64,000 nt of DNA from an uncultured Gemmataceae bacterium (GTDB taxonomy: Bacteria; Planctomycetota; Planctomycetia; Gemmatales; Gemmataceae): NCBI GenBank assembly GCA_963750165.1, contig CAVVPN010000003.1, positions 3,200,001-3,264,000 on the forward strand, in the 5' to 3' direction. The number at the start of each line of letters is the position of its first letter. Within the stretch, counting starts at the first letter, position 1. Positions 12,001 to 25,100 of the stretch are shown here, piece after piece. The position numbers and the translations under genes are program-made. The notes under the pieces were generated by a model. The model did not search any database and was not told where the DNA came from. It worked only from the letters and a program-made list of their open reading frames with translations.

Positions 12001-15000
12001 TCGCGTTCGGCGGGCAGGTCAACAGCTACTTCGGCATCACCAACGTCATCGAAGGAACGCTCACCATCACCTCCACGGGCGACGGTGCCTGGAACAACAA
12101 CCAGATCGCCAGCAACGGCGGCCAGGGCGATTTGCTCATCATCGGCAACGGCCAGGCCGGCACGCAAGCCACCGTGAACGACAATACGAACTCCCTGCCC
12201 AACAATACCAACACCACCATCAACAACACCGGCAACTATTTCGTCGGCCCCACCTCTGGCGACGCCGTGGGTGGCTTCATTCTCAACGGCGGCACCCTGT
12301 CGCAGCTCATCCTGAACCTTGAGGACGCCATCGTGGCTCTGCCCAGCGCCATCCCCTCGAGCATTTCCGGCAGTTTCTCGCTCGCCCGAACCGGTGGCGT
12401 CACCGCCAGCGTGGGCGCCGGCTACAACGTGATTAACGTGTTCCCCGGTGTTGGCGCCGCGGCAGGGGACGAATTGACCATCAGTTCCGCAATCGCATCT
12501 GGGTCTTCCGGCAACGGCTTCACGGTCACGAAGATCGGCGCGGGCACGCTCATCTACGCGGGCTCCAGCGCCAGCAGCTACACCGAACCGACCAACGTGG
12601 ACGAGGGCACCCTGGTGCTCGCCAAGACCGCGGCCGCCTTCGCCGGCCCGCTGGTCGTTGGCGATTTCAACGGCGCGGACGTGGTTCGCGTCCTGAGCAA
12701 CACCAACCAGCTCAACAGCCAGGCGGTCACGGTCAGCGGTTCCGGCACCTTGAACGCCGCGTCGGGCGGGTCGGTCTATCAACTCATCCTCAGCGGCCTC
12801 ACGTCCGGCACGTTCACCATCACCGTGAACACCATCGCCGGGTCGCAGACGACGGCGGCCCTGCCGTTCAACGCGACCCGGGCCCAGGTGCTGGCCGCCC
12901 TGCAGGCGTTGACCACGGCCATCCCGAACCCCGCGACCGACCTCCAGGTGGTTGTCAGCGGCGTCCTGGCCACCGCCACCGCGGGCGGCGTCTACGACCT
13001 CTTCTTCCAGGGCACCCTCGCCAACCAGAACGTCACCGTCAGTCTGAGCGCGGGGACCGCGACGGTCGTCTACGCCGGCGCCAGTTCCGTGGTCGGCACG
13101 ACGGGCACTCTGGACCTGCGCGGCGGCCTGGTGTCGCTCGGCAACGCCAACCTGAGCGTCGGCGGCACCATCCAGGGCACCCCCTACAACGGCACCACGA
13201 CCAGCCAGATTGTCAACGACTACAGCCACATCGCCGCCTCCCCGACCGGGGCCACCGAGTCGGGCACCACCGTGACCATCACCACCACGACGCCGCACGG
13301 CTATCAGGTTGGGCAGCTGGTCCAGATCGCCGGCGTGGGCGTGGCGGGCTACAATGGCCCGTTCACGATCACGGCCGTGCCGTCCGCGACCACCTTCACC
13401 TACACGGCGGCCTCCGGCCTGACCGCCTCGGGCGGCGGCTCCGTCCTGGCCATCAACGCGGTCATCACCGCCACCGGGGCCAGCGAAACCGGCAACACCG
13501 TCACCATCACGACCACGGCGGCCCACGGCCTGCAAACCGGGCAGGTCGTCTCCATCGCTGGCGTCGGCGTGAAGGGCTACAACGGCATCTTCACGATCAC
13601 CTCGGTCACGGCGATGGGCTTCACCTACACCGACCCCTTGAGCGGCCTGGCCGCCTCGGGTGGCGGTACGGTGGCCGTCGCCCCGGCCACCGCCACGGTC
13701 CTGACCGGCAACAACGGCCTGTTGACCCTGACCACCTCCACGGCCCTGAACACCGCCGATGCCGGTGGCACCCCGGCCCTGAACATCGGCGCCGTCATCG
13801 CCGGCGGCGGCAACGCCGTCACCAAGGGCGCCAACGGCACGGTCATCCTCAGCGCCGGCGCGCCCGACACCGGCACCGGCACCTGGACTGTCAACAGCGG
13901 CACCCTGCTCCTGAGCGACACCGGCGGCCTCGCCCTGCCGGGCAACCTGACCGTCGGCGACCTGCTCGGCGGCTCCGGCGCCACCAAGGGCGACGTGGTC
14001 CGCCTGACGCTTCCGAACCAGCTCGTCTCGACCGCCGCGGTCACGGTCAACAATTCGGGCTTGCTGGACCTGAACGGCAACAACCAGGCAGTCGGGCAGT
14101 TGACCCTCACTGGCGGCGCCGTCACGACCGGCACCGGCACGCTGACGCTGAACGGCCCGGTGTTCGGCACCTGGAACGTCGCCAACCAAACACCGGCGAC
14201 GATCAGCGGCAATGTCTCGCTGGGCGGCGGCGTCCGCCAGTTCGACGTGCAGCCGGGCAGCCTGCCCAACAGCCAGAACGACCTGATCGTCAGCGCAAAC
14301 ATCAGCGGTGTCACCAGCGGCGACGGCATCACCAAGACCAACGGCGGCAAGCTGGCGCTGACGGGCACCAACAGTTACACCGGCCCGACCACGGTGAACG
14401 GCGGCACCCTGCTCGTGGACGGCACGCAGCCGAATAGCCCAGTCGTGGTCAACTCCGGCGCCACCCTGGGCGGCACCGGCACGGTGGGCATGTTGACCGC
14501 GCTGGGCGGCACGGTCAACCCCGGCGACCCGGTGTCCAGCACGGGCACGCTCAGCGCGACGACCAGCGGCAACCTCAGCAGCGGCAGCCTGACCGTTGAG
14601 ATTGCCGGTTCGACAGGCCACTTCACCAAGGACGTGCTCAACCTGGGCACCGCCGTACTGACGCTGGGCGGCACCTCGACGTTGAACCTCGACCTGGCCG
14701 GCCTGACCTCCGCCACCGGCGGCCCGATCACCATCATCCAGGACGGCGGCACCACCGGGACGTTCACCACCGTCAACCTCCTCAACAGCCCGAACGGCGT
14801 CACGGCTGTTTTGGGCTACACGGCCAACACGGTGACGGTGAACATTGTCGCGTCCATCACACACCTGGGCATCAGCGCCCCGGCCACGGTCACGGCCAAC
14901 ATCCCCTTCACGTTCACGGTGACGGCCCTGGACGCCTTCAACAACCCGGTCTCGGGTTACCTGGGGACGGTACACTTCACCAAGAGCGACAGCGGCACCG

Positions 15001-18000
15001 GCTCGGCCGTGCCCGCCGACTACACCTTCGTGGCCGGCGACCACGGCGTCCACACCTTCACGGGCGGTGCCACCTTCGTGACCCTCGGCAGCCAGACGCT
15101 GACTGCCACCGACACCGTCACCAGTTCCATCACCGGCACCACTTCCGTCACCGTCAGCAACACTGCCAACCCCGCCACCCACTTCCTGGTCAGCGCCCCG
15201 AGCAGCGCCAGCGCCGGGAGCGCCTTCAGTTTCACGGTGACGGCCCTGGACGCCTCCAACAACCCGACCGCGGGCTACACGGGCACGATCCACTTCACCA
15301 GTTCGGACGGCGCCGCCACGCTGCCGGCCAACGCCATGCTGACCAACGGCACCGGCACCTTCACTGCCACCCTGAACACCGGCGGCAGCCAGACGATTAC
15401 TGCCACCGATACGGTGACCAGCAGCATCACCGGCACCAGCAACATCATCAACGTCAGCACTGCCGCCAACCCCGCCACGCATTTTGTGGTCAGCGCCCCG
15501 AGCAGCGCCATCGCGGGCAATGCCTTCCTGGTCATGGTGACGGCACAGGACCAGTTCAACAACACCGCCACGGGCTACACGGGGACGGTCCACTTCACCA
15601 GCACCGACGGCACCGCCACGCTGCCGGCCAACGCCATGCTGACCAACGGCGTCGGCTACTTTGTCGTCACGCTGAAGACCGCCGGCAGCCAGACCGTGAC
15701 CGCCACCGACACGGTGACCAGCACCATCACCGGCACCAGCAGCGCCATCACGGTCAGCGCCGCCGCGGCCACGCACTTCGGCGTCACCGCTCCCGCCACG
15801 GCCACCGCCGGGACGGCCTTCAGTTTCACGGTGACGGCCCTGGACGCCTACAACAACACGGCGACGGGCTACAGCGGCACCGTCCACTTCACCAGCACGG
15901 ACGGCAGCGCCGTATTGCCGGCGAACGGCACGCTCACCAGCGGCACCGGCACCTTCAGCGCCACGCTGAAGACGGCGGGTAGCCAGACCTTGACCGCCAC
16001 CGACACCGTCACCAGTTCCATCACCGGCACCAGCGGCGCCATCACGGTCAGCGCCGCCGCCGCCAGCCACTTCAGCGTCACGGCCCCGGCCACGGCCACG
16101 GCAGGCAGCGCCTTCAGCTTCACGGTCACGGCGCAGGACGCCTTCAACAACACCGCCACGGGTTACAGCGGCACCGTCCACTTCACCAGTAGCGACGGCC
16201 AGGCCGTGGTCCCGGCCAACAGCACGCTCACCAGCGGTGTGGGCACCTTCAGCGCCACGCTGAAGACGGCGGGTAGCCAGACCCTGACCGCCACCGACAC
16301 GGTGACCAGCAGCATCACCGGCACCAGCGGCACGGTCACGGTCAGCGCCGCCGCCGCCAGCCACTTTAGCGTCACCGCCCCGGCCACGGCCACGGCGGGC
16401 AGCGCCTTCAGCTTCACGGTCACGGCCCTGGACGCCTTTAACAACACCGCCACGGGTTACAGCGGCACCGTCCACTTCACCAGCACCGACGCTCAGGCCG
16501 TGGTCCCGGCGAACAGCACGCTCACCAGCGGCACCGGCACCTTCAGCGCCACGCTGAAGACGGCGGGTAGCCAGACCCTGACCGCCACCGACACCGTCAC
16601 CAGTTCCATCACCGGCACCAGCGGCGCCATCACGGTCAGCGCCGCCGCCCTGAGTCGCTTGCTGGTCAGCACCCCGGCCGGCGCCACCACCGGCACCCCC
16701 ATCAGCTTCACCGTCACCGCCGTGGACGCCTATGGCAACGCCGCCGCCGGCTACAGCGGCACCGTCCACTTCACCAGTTCCGACGCCGCCGCCACCCTGC
16801 CCGCCGACAGTCCCCTGACCAGCGGCACCGGCACCTTCAGCGCCACCTTCGCCACCAGCGGCGCCCAGACCCTGACCGCCACCGACACGGTCACCAGCAG
16901 CATCACCGGCACCAGCACCGTTGCGGTACGCGGCCTGGTGGTCACCGCCTTCACGCCCACGCCCACCGGCTTCACCGTCGCCTTCAGCAAGCCGTTCGTC
17001 AACAGCAGTGCCAGCCCGCTCAACCTTTACGACGCCGGCTCCGCCGGCTACGGCGCCGCCGATGTCACCCTGGTCGGCTCCGGCGGCATTGGTACGGTCA
17101 AGGGTTCGCTGCTCATCGACCCGAGCAACCAGAGCTTCACCTTCCTCAAGACCGACCTGGTCACCGGCGGCGGCACCTCCGGCCTGCTGGCGGCCGGCAC
17201 CTACACCGTCACCCTGGTCAGCGGCGCCACTGCCTTCAAGGACGCCACCGGCGCCCCGCTCGACGGCAACAACGACGGCGTCAACGGCGACAGCTACGTC
17301 ACCACCTTCACCGTGGCGGCCAACACCGCGGTGGTAGTGACCGTGCCCGACTTCGCCCGCGGCCCCGACGCCACCGACCCGATCAACCTGCCCAACAGCG
17401 GCACCAATGGCATCCCCATCGCCCTGAATAACGGCGCCGGCGTCACCGACGGCACCTTCGTGCTCAACTACAACTCCAACCTGCTGACCATCACCGGCGG
17501 CACCGTCAACTCCGCGCTCACCGGGGCCACCTTCACCGTCAGCACCTCCGGCAGCGGCACCAGCGCTCAGGCGACCATCACCTTCCACACTCCGACGGCG
17601 CTGGCGTCCGGGGTGGTGCGGCTCGGCGGCCTGACGGCCACCGTGCCGGCCAACGCGCCATACAAGTCCAAGGAACTGCTGCACTGGGCGAGCCTGTCGC
17701 TCAACAGTGGGGCCATTGCGGCGGTGGGCGACGATGCCGTCCATGCGGTGGCGTTCCTGGGCGATGTCTCGGGAGACGGCACCTACACCAGCGCCGACAG
17801 CGTGTTGATCTCGAACGTGGCGGCGGCCAAGGACAGCGGTTTCGCCGCCTACCCAATCCTCGACCCGGCGGTCGTCGGCGACATCACCGGCGACGGCCGC
17901 ATCACCTCGGCGGACGCCACGGCGCTGAACCTGTACCTGGGCGGGTCCATGTCCACCCTGGTGCCGCCATACCCCGGCGCGCCGAGCAACAACCCGAGCG

Positions 18001-18928
18001 GCCCCGACCCGGCGCTGAGCATCCCCACCGACCTGCGGGTGGGCTCGGGCGGGTCGGTGACGGTGCCGGTGAACATCGACGACCCGCACCCCAAGGGCAG
18101 CACGGGGCTCACGCAGGCGCTGCTGGCGCTGACCTACGATCCGGCGGTGTTCGCCGTGTCGGCGGCAGACATCCAGCTGGGCAGTGTGCCGGCCGCGGGC
18201 ACGGGCTGGACGCTGCAGGCACACGTGGACGCGGCGACAGGCCAGATCGGCATCGTGCTGTTCAGTGACGTGCCGATCACCAGCGCAGCGGGCGGCAGCC
18301 TGGTAACCATCGACTTCCACGTGCAGCCAGGGGCGCTGGCGGGAGCGAGCGCGATCAACCTGGCAGCACAGGTTAACCCGAACGGCCAGGGGGTGATCGC
18401 GACAGCGCTGGACGACGACCAGGGGCCGCTGACGCTGCATCCGGCGCCGACCGACGCGGCAACCGACACAGGCGTGGACGGCCAGGTGACGGTGGTTGCC
18501 GCGACCGCCCCGGGGAAGCCGGCGGTTGGTGCCGGCAAGAACGAGGTGGTTGTGGACGGCGGGTCGGTGACCGACGTGTCCACCGCAGCTGTGGCGGTCA
18601 AGCCGGTGCTGGTCGTGACCGCGCCGGTAGCGAACGGCCTGCTGCCGTTCGCCCTGCCGTCCGTCGGGGCGCCCGGGGCGTGGCGGATCAGGTGTTTCTC
18701 GCCCTGGCCGCGAGCACGGGCGCGGCCGCGCCGGCGGGCGACGGCAACCCGGCCGGCCAGTCGGGAGCGGCGTGGGTGAATGAGGCGCAGTTGTGGGCGG
18801 AGGTGGAAGCCGAGCCCGACTGGCTCACGGGGTTGGCGGGGGCGTCGGCAGATGGGGCCGGCCAGCCGTGGGGCCTCGATTTCACGGCCGCAGCTGGGCG
18901 GATCCCTGGCTCTCCGGATCTCTCGTGA
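3..18928 (+). CDS. Giant secreted adhesin-like protein, 5'-truncated by the window: autotransporter-associated beta-strand repeats, PA14 domain, jelly-roll/CBM-like domain, 7 Ig-like repeats, cohesin-dockerin-cohesin C-terminus
   Basis: Frame is open from position 3, upstream of the called start at 75. Many LTKxGxGTLxLxxxNTYTGxTxVNxGTL repeats. PA14 motif GYLNIVTPGNYTFQFLGDDG at ~4670-4735. Dockerin-type twin loops GDVSGDGTYTSAD and GDITGDGRITSAD at ~17757-17942. Probable 1-bp frameshift near 18679, with the true tail in ORF 18680..18928 (ADQVFLALAA...). Confidence 0.85.
4480..4945 (+). other. PA14-like carbohydrate-binding domain inserted in the beta-helix
   Basis: ESGYLNIVTPGNYTFQFLGDDGAVVYLDG...LAAGLHSLQIRVNNNTGGAQAVLNYSGP matches the PA14 pattern, including the DD pair. 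Confidence 0.8.
17380..18495 (+). other. Cohesin-like, dockerin, cohesin-like domain block of protein 1
   Basis: IPIALNNGAGVTDGTFVLNYNSNLLTI (cohesin-like, ~17380-17750); duplicated Ca-binding loops (dockerin, ~17757-17942); GGSVTVPVNIDD...LALTYDPAVFAV...GGSLVTIDFHV (cohesin-like, ~18010-18495). Confidence 0.7.
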
Positions 18929-19014
18929 ACGGCAACCCAGGGCACGGTGTCACTGGCAATCCGGAGTTGGGTGGTTCGGTTGTTCCTGCCGTGCCGGTAA
19001 AGGGGGGAAGCTGC

Positions 19015-19095
19015 GTAAAAAAAACCGCCCAGAACAACCGACACTTTTTACTTGAGGATGGCGTATAGTCATTATAAAGGTTAATTTATGTGAGA
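19015..19095 (+). promoter_or_regulatory. AT-rich putative promoter region for protein 2
   Basis: AT-rich island in GC-rich DNA with TTGAGG (19052) and TATAAA (19073). The 15-nt spacing is suboptimal. Confidence 0.35.
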
Positions 19096-19198
19096 TGCGT
19101 TTCGGGCAACCGGAGCGCACGGGGGCTGAGCTGTCTTGGCAACCCCGGGTCCGCGTGCGGCTCTTCGTTTCTGAGTCCTGACACAAGTGAGTGGCAAC

Positions 19199-22100
19199 AT
19201 GTTCTTCTTCAGGTGGCGCGGCCCAGCAAAACGGGGTCATCGGGTTCCTTCGATGCGCGGCGTGGCCGGGCGGCCACGCAAGCGGCTGGGGGTCGAACTG
19301 CTGGAGAGCCGCGTCCTGCCGGCCAATTCCGCCTATATCAGCATGCCGACGAACCTGTCGGCCAACCAGGGCACGGTGGTGACCGTGCCCGTGACCATCA
19401 ACCACCTGTTCGACGCCGCCGGCAACCAGGGCCTGGCCGGGGCCGATGTCACCCTGACCTACGACCCCAACGTCTTCACCGTGGGGGACGCAGACATCAC
19501 CGTGGGCTCCCTGCTCACCAACCCGCCCCCCAACGGCACCTGGAATTTCGTGGAGAACACCGCCACACCGGGTGAGGTGGACCTGTCCGTGTCCACGTCC
19601 AGCGCCACCGCCTTCGTGACCAGCATGACGGGCGGCATCCTGGCCGACATCAGCTTCCACGTCAAGGGCGCGGCCCCGACCGGCAACAGCACCATCCAGG
19701 TCGTGACCCCACCCGCTTCCTCCCCCAACGGCAACAGCACCGACGCCCTGCCCGCCACCGGCCCCAACTCGCCGTCCGGCGACTTCGCCGGCTACACCCT
19801 GAGCGCCGCTGACCAGGTGAACGGCGTGGTCAACATCCAGAACTTCTCCCCGGTCACGACCCTGAGCCTGCCCGTCAACCTGCCCGCCATCCCGGGGCAA
19901 ACCATCACCGTGCCGGTGAACATCGCCAACCCCGACCCGGTCGGCAGTGCCGGCATGATCTCGGCGGACACGGCCATCATTTACGACCCGAACGTGCTGA
20001 CCGTGGCCAGCGCGGGTGCCGTGGCCCTGGGGAGCGACGTGCCGGCCACCGGCTGGTCGTTGACCTACGGGGTGGACACCAGCGGCAACAACACGGTGGA
20101 TTCGACCAAGGCCGCCCTGGGTCTGCACCTGACCAACACCAACTCGACGCCCCTGACCAGCACCAGCGCCGGCAGCCTGTGGCTGGTGACGTTCACGGTC
20201 AACGCCGCCGCCCCCACGGAGACGACGATCCTGAACCTGGTGCCGAGTGCCCGGGTGGGCGCCTCGATTACCACCACGAACGTCACCGGCGCCAACAAGG
20301 TGTATCAGTTGACCCCGGCGCCGACGAACGCCACCACGGACACGGTGGACGGCAGTGTCCAGATCAGCGGCAGCACCACGGGGGCGACGCACTTCAGCGT
20401 CAGCGGCCCGGCCACGGCCACGGCGGGGACGGCCGCCAGCTTCACGGTGACGGCGTTGGACGCCAGCAACAACCCGGTTTCGGGTTACACGGGCACGGTG
20501 CATTTCACGAGCACGGACGGCCAGGCGGTGCTGCCGGCGAACGCCATGCTGACCAACGGTGTCGGCACGTTCAACGTCACCTTCCACACGTCGGGCAACC
20601 AGACCGTGACGGCCACCGACACGGTGACCAGTAGCATCACCGGCACCAGCGGCCCGGTCGCCGTCAGCGCCGCGGCGGCCACGCACTTCAGCGTCAGCGC
20701 TCCCAGCAGTGCCACGGCGGGCAGCGCCTTCAACTTCACGGTGACGGCGCAGGACCAGTTCAACAACACGGCGACGGGCTACAGCGGCACAGTCCACTTC
20801 ACGAGCACGGACGGCCAGGCGGTGCTGCCGGCCAATAGTACGCTCACCAGCGGTGTCGGCACCTTCAGCGTCACGCTCAAGACCGCTGGCAACCAGACGC
20901 TCACGGCCACTGATACGGCGACCAGCACGATCACCGGCACCAGCGCCGCCATCGCCGTCAGCGCCGCCGCCGCCACGCACTTCAGCGTCACCGCTCCGGC
21001 CACGGCCACCGTTGGGACGGCGTTCAGCGTGACGGTGACGGCCCTGGATCCGTACAACAACACGGCGACGGGCTACACCGGCACCGTCCACTTCACCAGC
21101 ACCGACGGCAGCGCCGTGCTGCCGGCCAACAGCACCCTGACCAACGGCACCCACACCTTCAGCGCCACCCTGCAGACGGCCGGCAACCAGACCCTGACCG
21201 CCACCGACACGGTCACCAGCACCATCACCGGCACCAGCGCCGCCATCAGCGTCAGTGCCTCGACCGCCAGCTCCGCCTACATCAGCATGCCGACGAACCT
21301 GTCGGCCAACCAGGGCACGGTGGTGACCGTACCCGTGACCATCAACCACCTGTTCGACGCCGCCGGCAACCAGGGCCTGGCCGGCGCCGATGTCACCCTG
21401 ACCTACGACCCCAACGTCTTCACCGTGGGGGACGCAGACATCACCGTGGGCTCCCTGCTCACCAACCCGCCTCCCAACGGCACCTGGAACTTCGTGGAGA
21501 ACACCGCCACACCGGGCGAGGTGGACCTGTCCGTGTCCACGTCCAGCGCCACCGCCTTCGTGACCAGCATGACGGGCGGCATCCTGGCCGACATCAGCTT
21601 CCACGTCAAGGGCGCGGCCCCGACCGGCAACAGCACCATCCAGGTCGTGACCCCACCCGCTTCCTCCCCCAACGGCAACAGCACCGATGCCCTGCCCGCC
21701 ACCGGCCCCAACTCGCCGTCCGGCGACTTCGCCGGCTACACCCTGAGCGCCGCTGACCAGGTGAACGGCGTGGTCAACATCCAGAACTTCTCCCCGGTCA
21801 CGACCCTGAGCCTGCCCGTCAACCTGCCCGCCATCCCGGGGCAAACCATCACCGTGCCGGTGAACATCGCCAACCCCGACCCGGTCGGCAGTGCCGGCAT
21901 GATCTCGGCGGACACGGCCATCATTTACGACCCGAACGTGCTGACCGTGGCCAGCGCGGGTGCCGTGGCCCTGGGGAGCGACGTGCCGGCCACCGGCTGG
22001 TCGTTGACCTACGGGGTGGACACCAGCGGCAACAACACGGTGGATTCGACCAAGGCCGCCCTGGGCCTGCACCTGACCAACACCAACTCGACGCCCCTGA

Positions 22101-25100
22101 CCAGCACCAGCGCCGGCAGCCTGTGGCTGGTGACGTTCACGGTCAACGCCGCCGCCCCCACGGAGACGACGATCCTGAACCTGGTGCCGAGTGCCCGGGT
22201 GGGCGCCTCGATTACCACCACGAACGTCACCGGCGCCAACAAGGTGTATCAGTTGACCCCGGCGCCGACGAACGCCACCACGGACACGGTGGACGGCAGT
22301 GTCCAGATCAGCGGCAGCACCACGGGGGCGACGCACTTCAGCGTCAGCGGCCCGGCCACGGCCACGGCGGGGACGGCTGCCAGCTTCACGGTGACGGCGT
22401 TGGACGCCAGCAACAACCCGGTTTCGGGTTACACGGGCACGGTGCATTTCACGAGCACGGACGGCCAGGCGGTGCTGCCGGCGAACGCCATGCTGACCAA
22501 CGGTGTCGGCACGTTCAACGTCACCTTCCACACGTCGGGCAACCAGACCGTGACGGCCACCGACACGGTGACCAGCAGTATCACCGGCACCAGCGGGCCG
22601 GTCGCCGTCAGCGCCGCGGCGGCCACGCACTTCAGCGTCAGCGCTCCCAGCAGCGTCGCGGCGGGCAGCGCCTTCAACGTTACGGTGACGGCGCAGGACC
22701 AGTTCAACAACACCGCCACCAGCTACACCGGCACGGTCCACTTCACCAGCACGGATGGCCAGGCGGTGCTGCCGGCCAACAGCACGCTGACCAACGGCAC
22801 CGGCACCTTCAGCGTGACGCTCAAGACCGCCGGCAACCAGACCCTGACGGCCACTGATACGGCGACCAGCACGATCACCGGCACCAGCGCCGCCATCGCC
22901 GTCAGCGCCGCCGCCGCCACGCACTTCAGCGTCACTGCTCCGGCCACAGCCACGGCGGGCAGCGCCTTCAACGTTACGGTGACGGCGCAGGACCAGTTCA
23001 ACAACACCGCCACCAGCTACAGCGGCACCGTCCACTTCACGAGCACGGACGGCCAGGCGGTGCTGCCGGCCAATAGTACGCTGACCAACGGCACCGGCAC
23101 CTTCAGCGTGACGCTCAAGACCGCCGGCAACCAGACCCTGACGGCCACTGATACGGCGACCAGCACGATCACCGGCACCAGCGCCGCCATCGCCGTCAGC
23201 GCCGCCGCCGCCACGCACTTCAGCGTCACCGCTCCGGCCACGGCCACCGTTGGGACGGCGTTCAGCGTGACGGTGACGGCCCTGGATCCGTACAACAACA
23301 CGGCGACGGGCTACACCGGCACCGTCCACTTCACCAGCACCGACGGCAGCGCCGTGCTGCCGGCCAACAGCACCCTGACCAACGGCACCCACACCTTCAG
23401 CGCCACCCTGCAGACGGCCGGCAACCAGACCCTGACCGCCACCGACACGGTCACCAGCACCATCACCGGCACCAGCGCCGCCATCAGCGTCAGTGCCTCG
23501 ACCGCCAGCTCCGCCTACATCAGCATGCCGACGAACCTGTCGGCCAACCAGGGCACGGTGGTGACCGTACCCGTGACCATCAACCACCTGTTCGACGCCG
23601 CCGGCAACCAGGGCCTGGCCGGCGCCGATGTCACCCTGACCTACGACCCCAACGTCTTCACCGTGGGGGACGCAGACATCACCGTGGGCTCCCTGCTCAC
23701 CAACCCGCCTCCCAACGGCACCTGGAACTTCGTGGAGAACACCGCCACACCGGGCGAGGTGGACCTGTCCGTGTCCACGTCCAGCGCCACCGCCTTCGTG
23801 ACCAGCATGACGGGCGGCATCCTGGCCGACATCAGCTTCCACGTCAAGGGCGCGGCCCCGACCGGCAACAGCACCATCCAGGTCGTGACCCCACCCGCTT
23901 CCTCCCCCAACGGCAACAGCACCGATGCCCTGCCCGCCACCGGCCCCAACTCGCCGTCCGGCGACTTCGCCGGCTACACCCTGAGCGCCGCTGACCAGGT
24001 GAACGGCGTGGTCAACATCCAGAACTTCTCTCCGGTCACGACCCTGAGCCTGCCCATCAACCTGCCCGCCATCCCGGGGCAAACCATCACCGTGCCGGTG
24101 AACATCGCCAACCCCGACCCGGTCGGCAGTGCCGGCATGATCTCGGCGGACACGGCCATCATTTACGACCCGAACGTGCTGACCGTGGCCAGCGCGGGTG
24201 CCGTGGCCCTGGGGAGCGACGTGCCGGCCACCGGCTGGTCGTTGACCTACGGGGTGGACACCAGCGGCAACAACACGGTGGATTCGACCAAGGCCGCCCT
24301 GGGTCTGCACCTGACCAACACCAACTCGACGCCCCTGACCAGCACCAGCGCCGGCAGCCTGTGGCTGGTGACGTTCACGGTCAACGCCGCCGCCCCCACG
24401 GAGACGACGATCCTGAACCTGGTGCCGAGTGCCCGGGTGGGCGCCTCGATTACCACCACGAACGTCACCGGCGCCAACAAGGTGTATCAGTTGACCCCGG
24501 CGCCGACGAACGCCACCACGGACACGGTGGACGGCAGTGTCCAGATCAGCGGCAGCACCACGGGGGCGACGCACTTCAGCGTCAGCGGCCCGGCCACGGC
24601 CACGGCGGGGACGGCCGCCAGCTTCACGGTGACGGCGTTGGACGCCAGCAACAACCCGGTTTCGGGTTACACGGGCACGGTGCATTTCACGAGCACGGAT
24701 GGCCAGGCGGTGCTGCCGGCGAACGCCATGCTGACCAACGGTGTCGGCACGTTCAACGTCACCTTCCACACGTCGGGCAATCAGACCGTGACGGCCACCG
24801 ACACGGTGACCAGTAGCATCACCGGCACCAGCGGGCCGGTCGCCGTCAGCGCCGCGGCGGCCACGCACTTCAGCGTCAGCGCCCCCAGCAGTGCCACGGC
24901 GGGCAGCGCCTTCAACGTTACGGTGACGGCGCAGGACGCCTTCAACAACACCGCCACCAGCTACAGCGGCACCGTCCACTTCACCAGCACGGACGGCCAG
25001 GCGGTGCTGCCGGCCAACAGCACGCTGACCAACGGCACCGGCACCTTCAGCGTGACGCTCAAGACCGCCGGCAACCAGACGCTGACCGCCACCGACACGG

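Noticed and set aside
3..18928. Classical type V autotransporter
   Set aside because: It has passenger-type repeats but no C-terminal beta-barrel or terminal aromatic motif.
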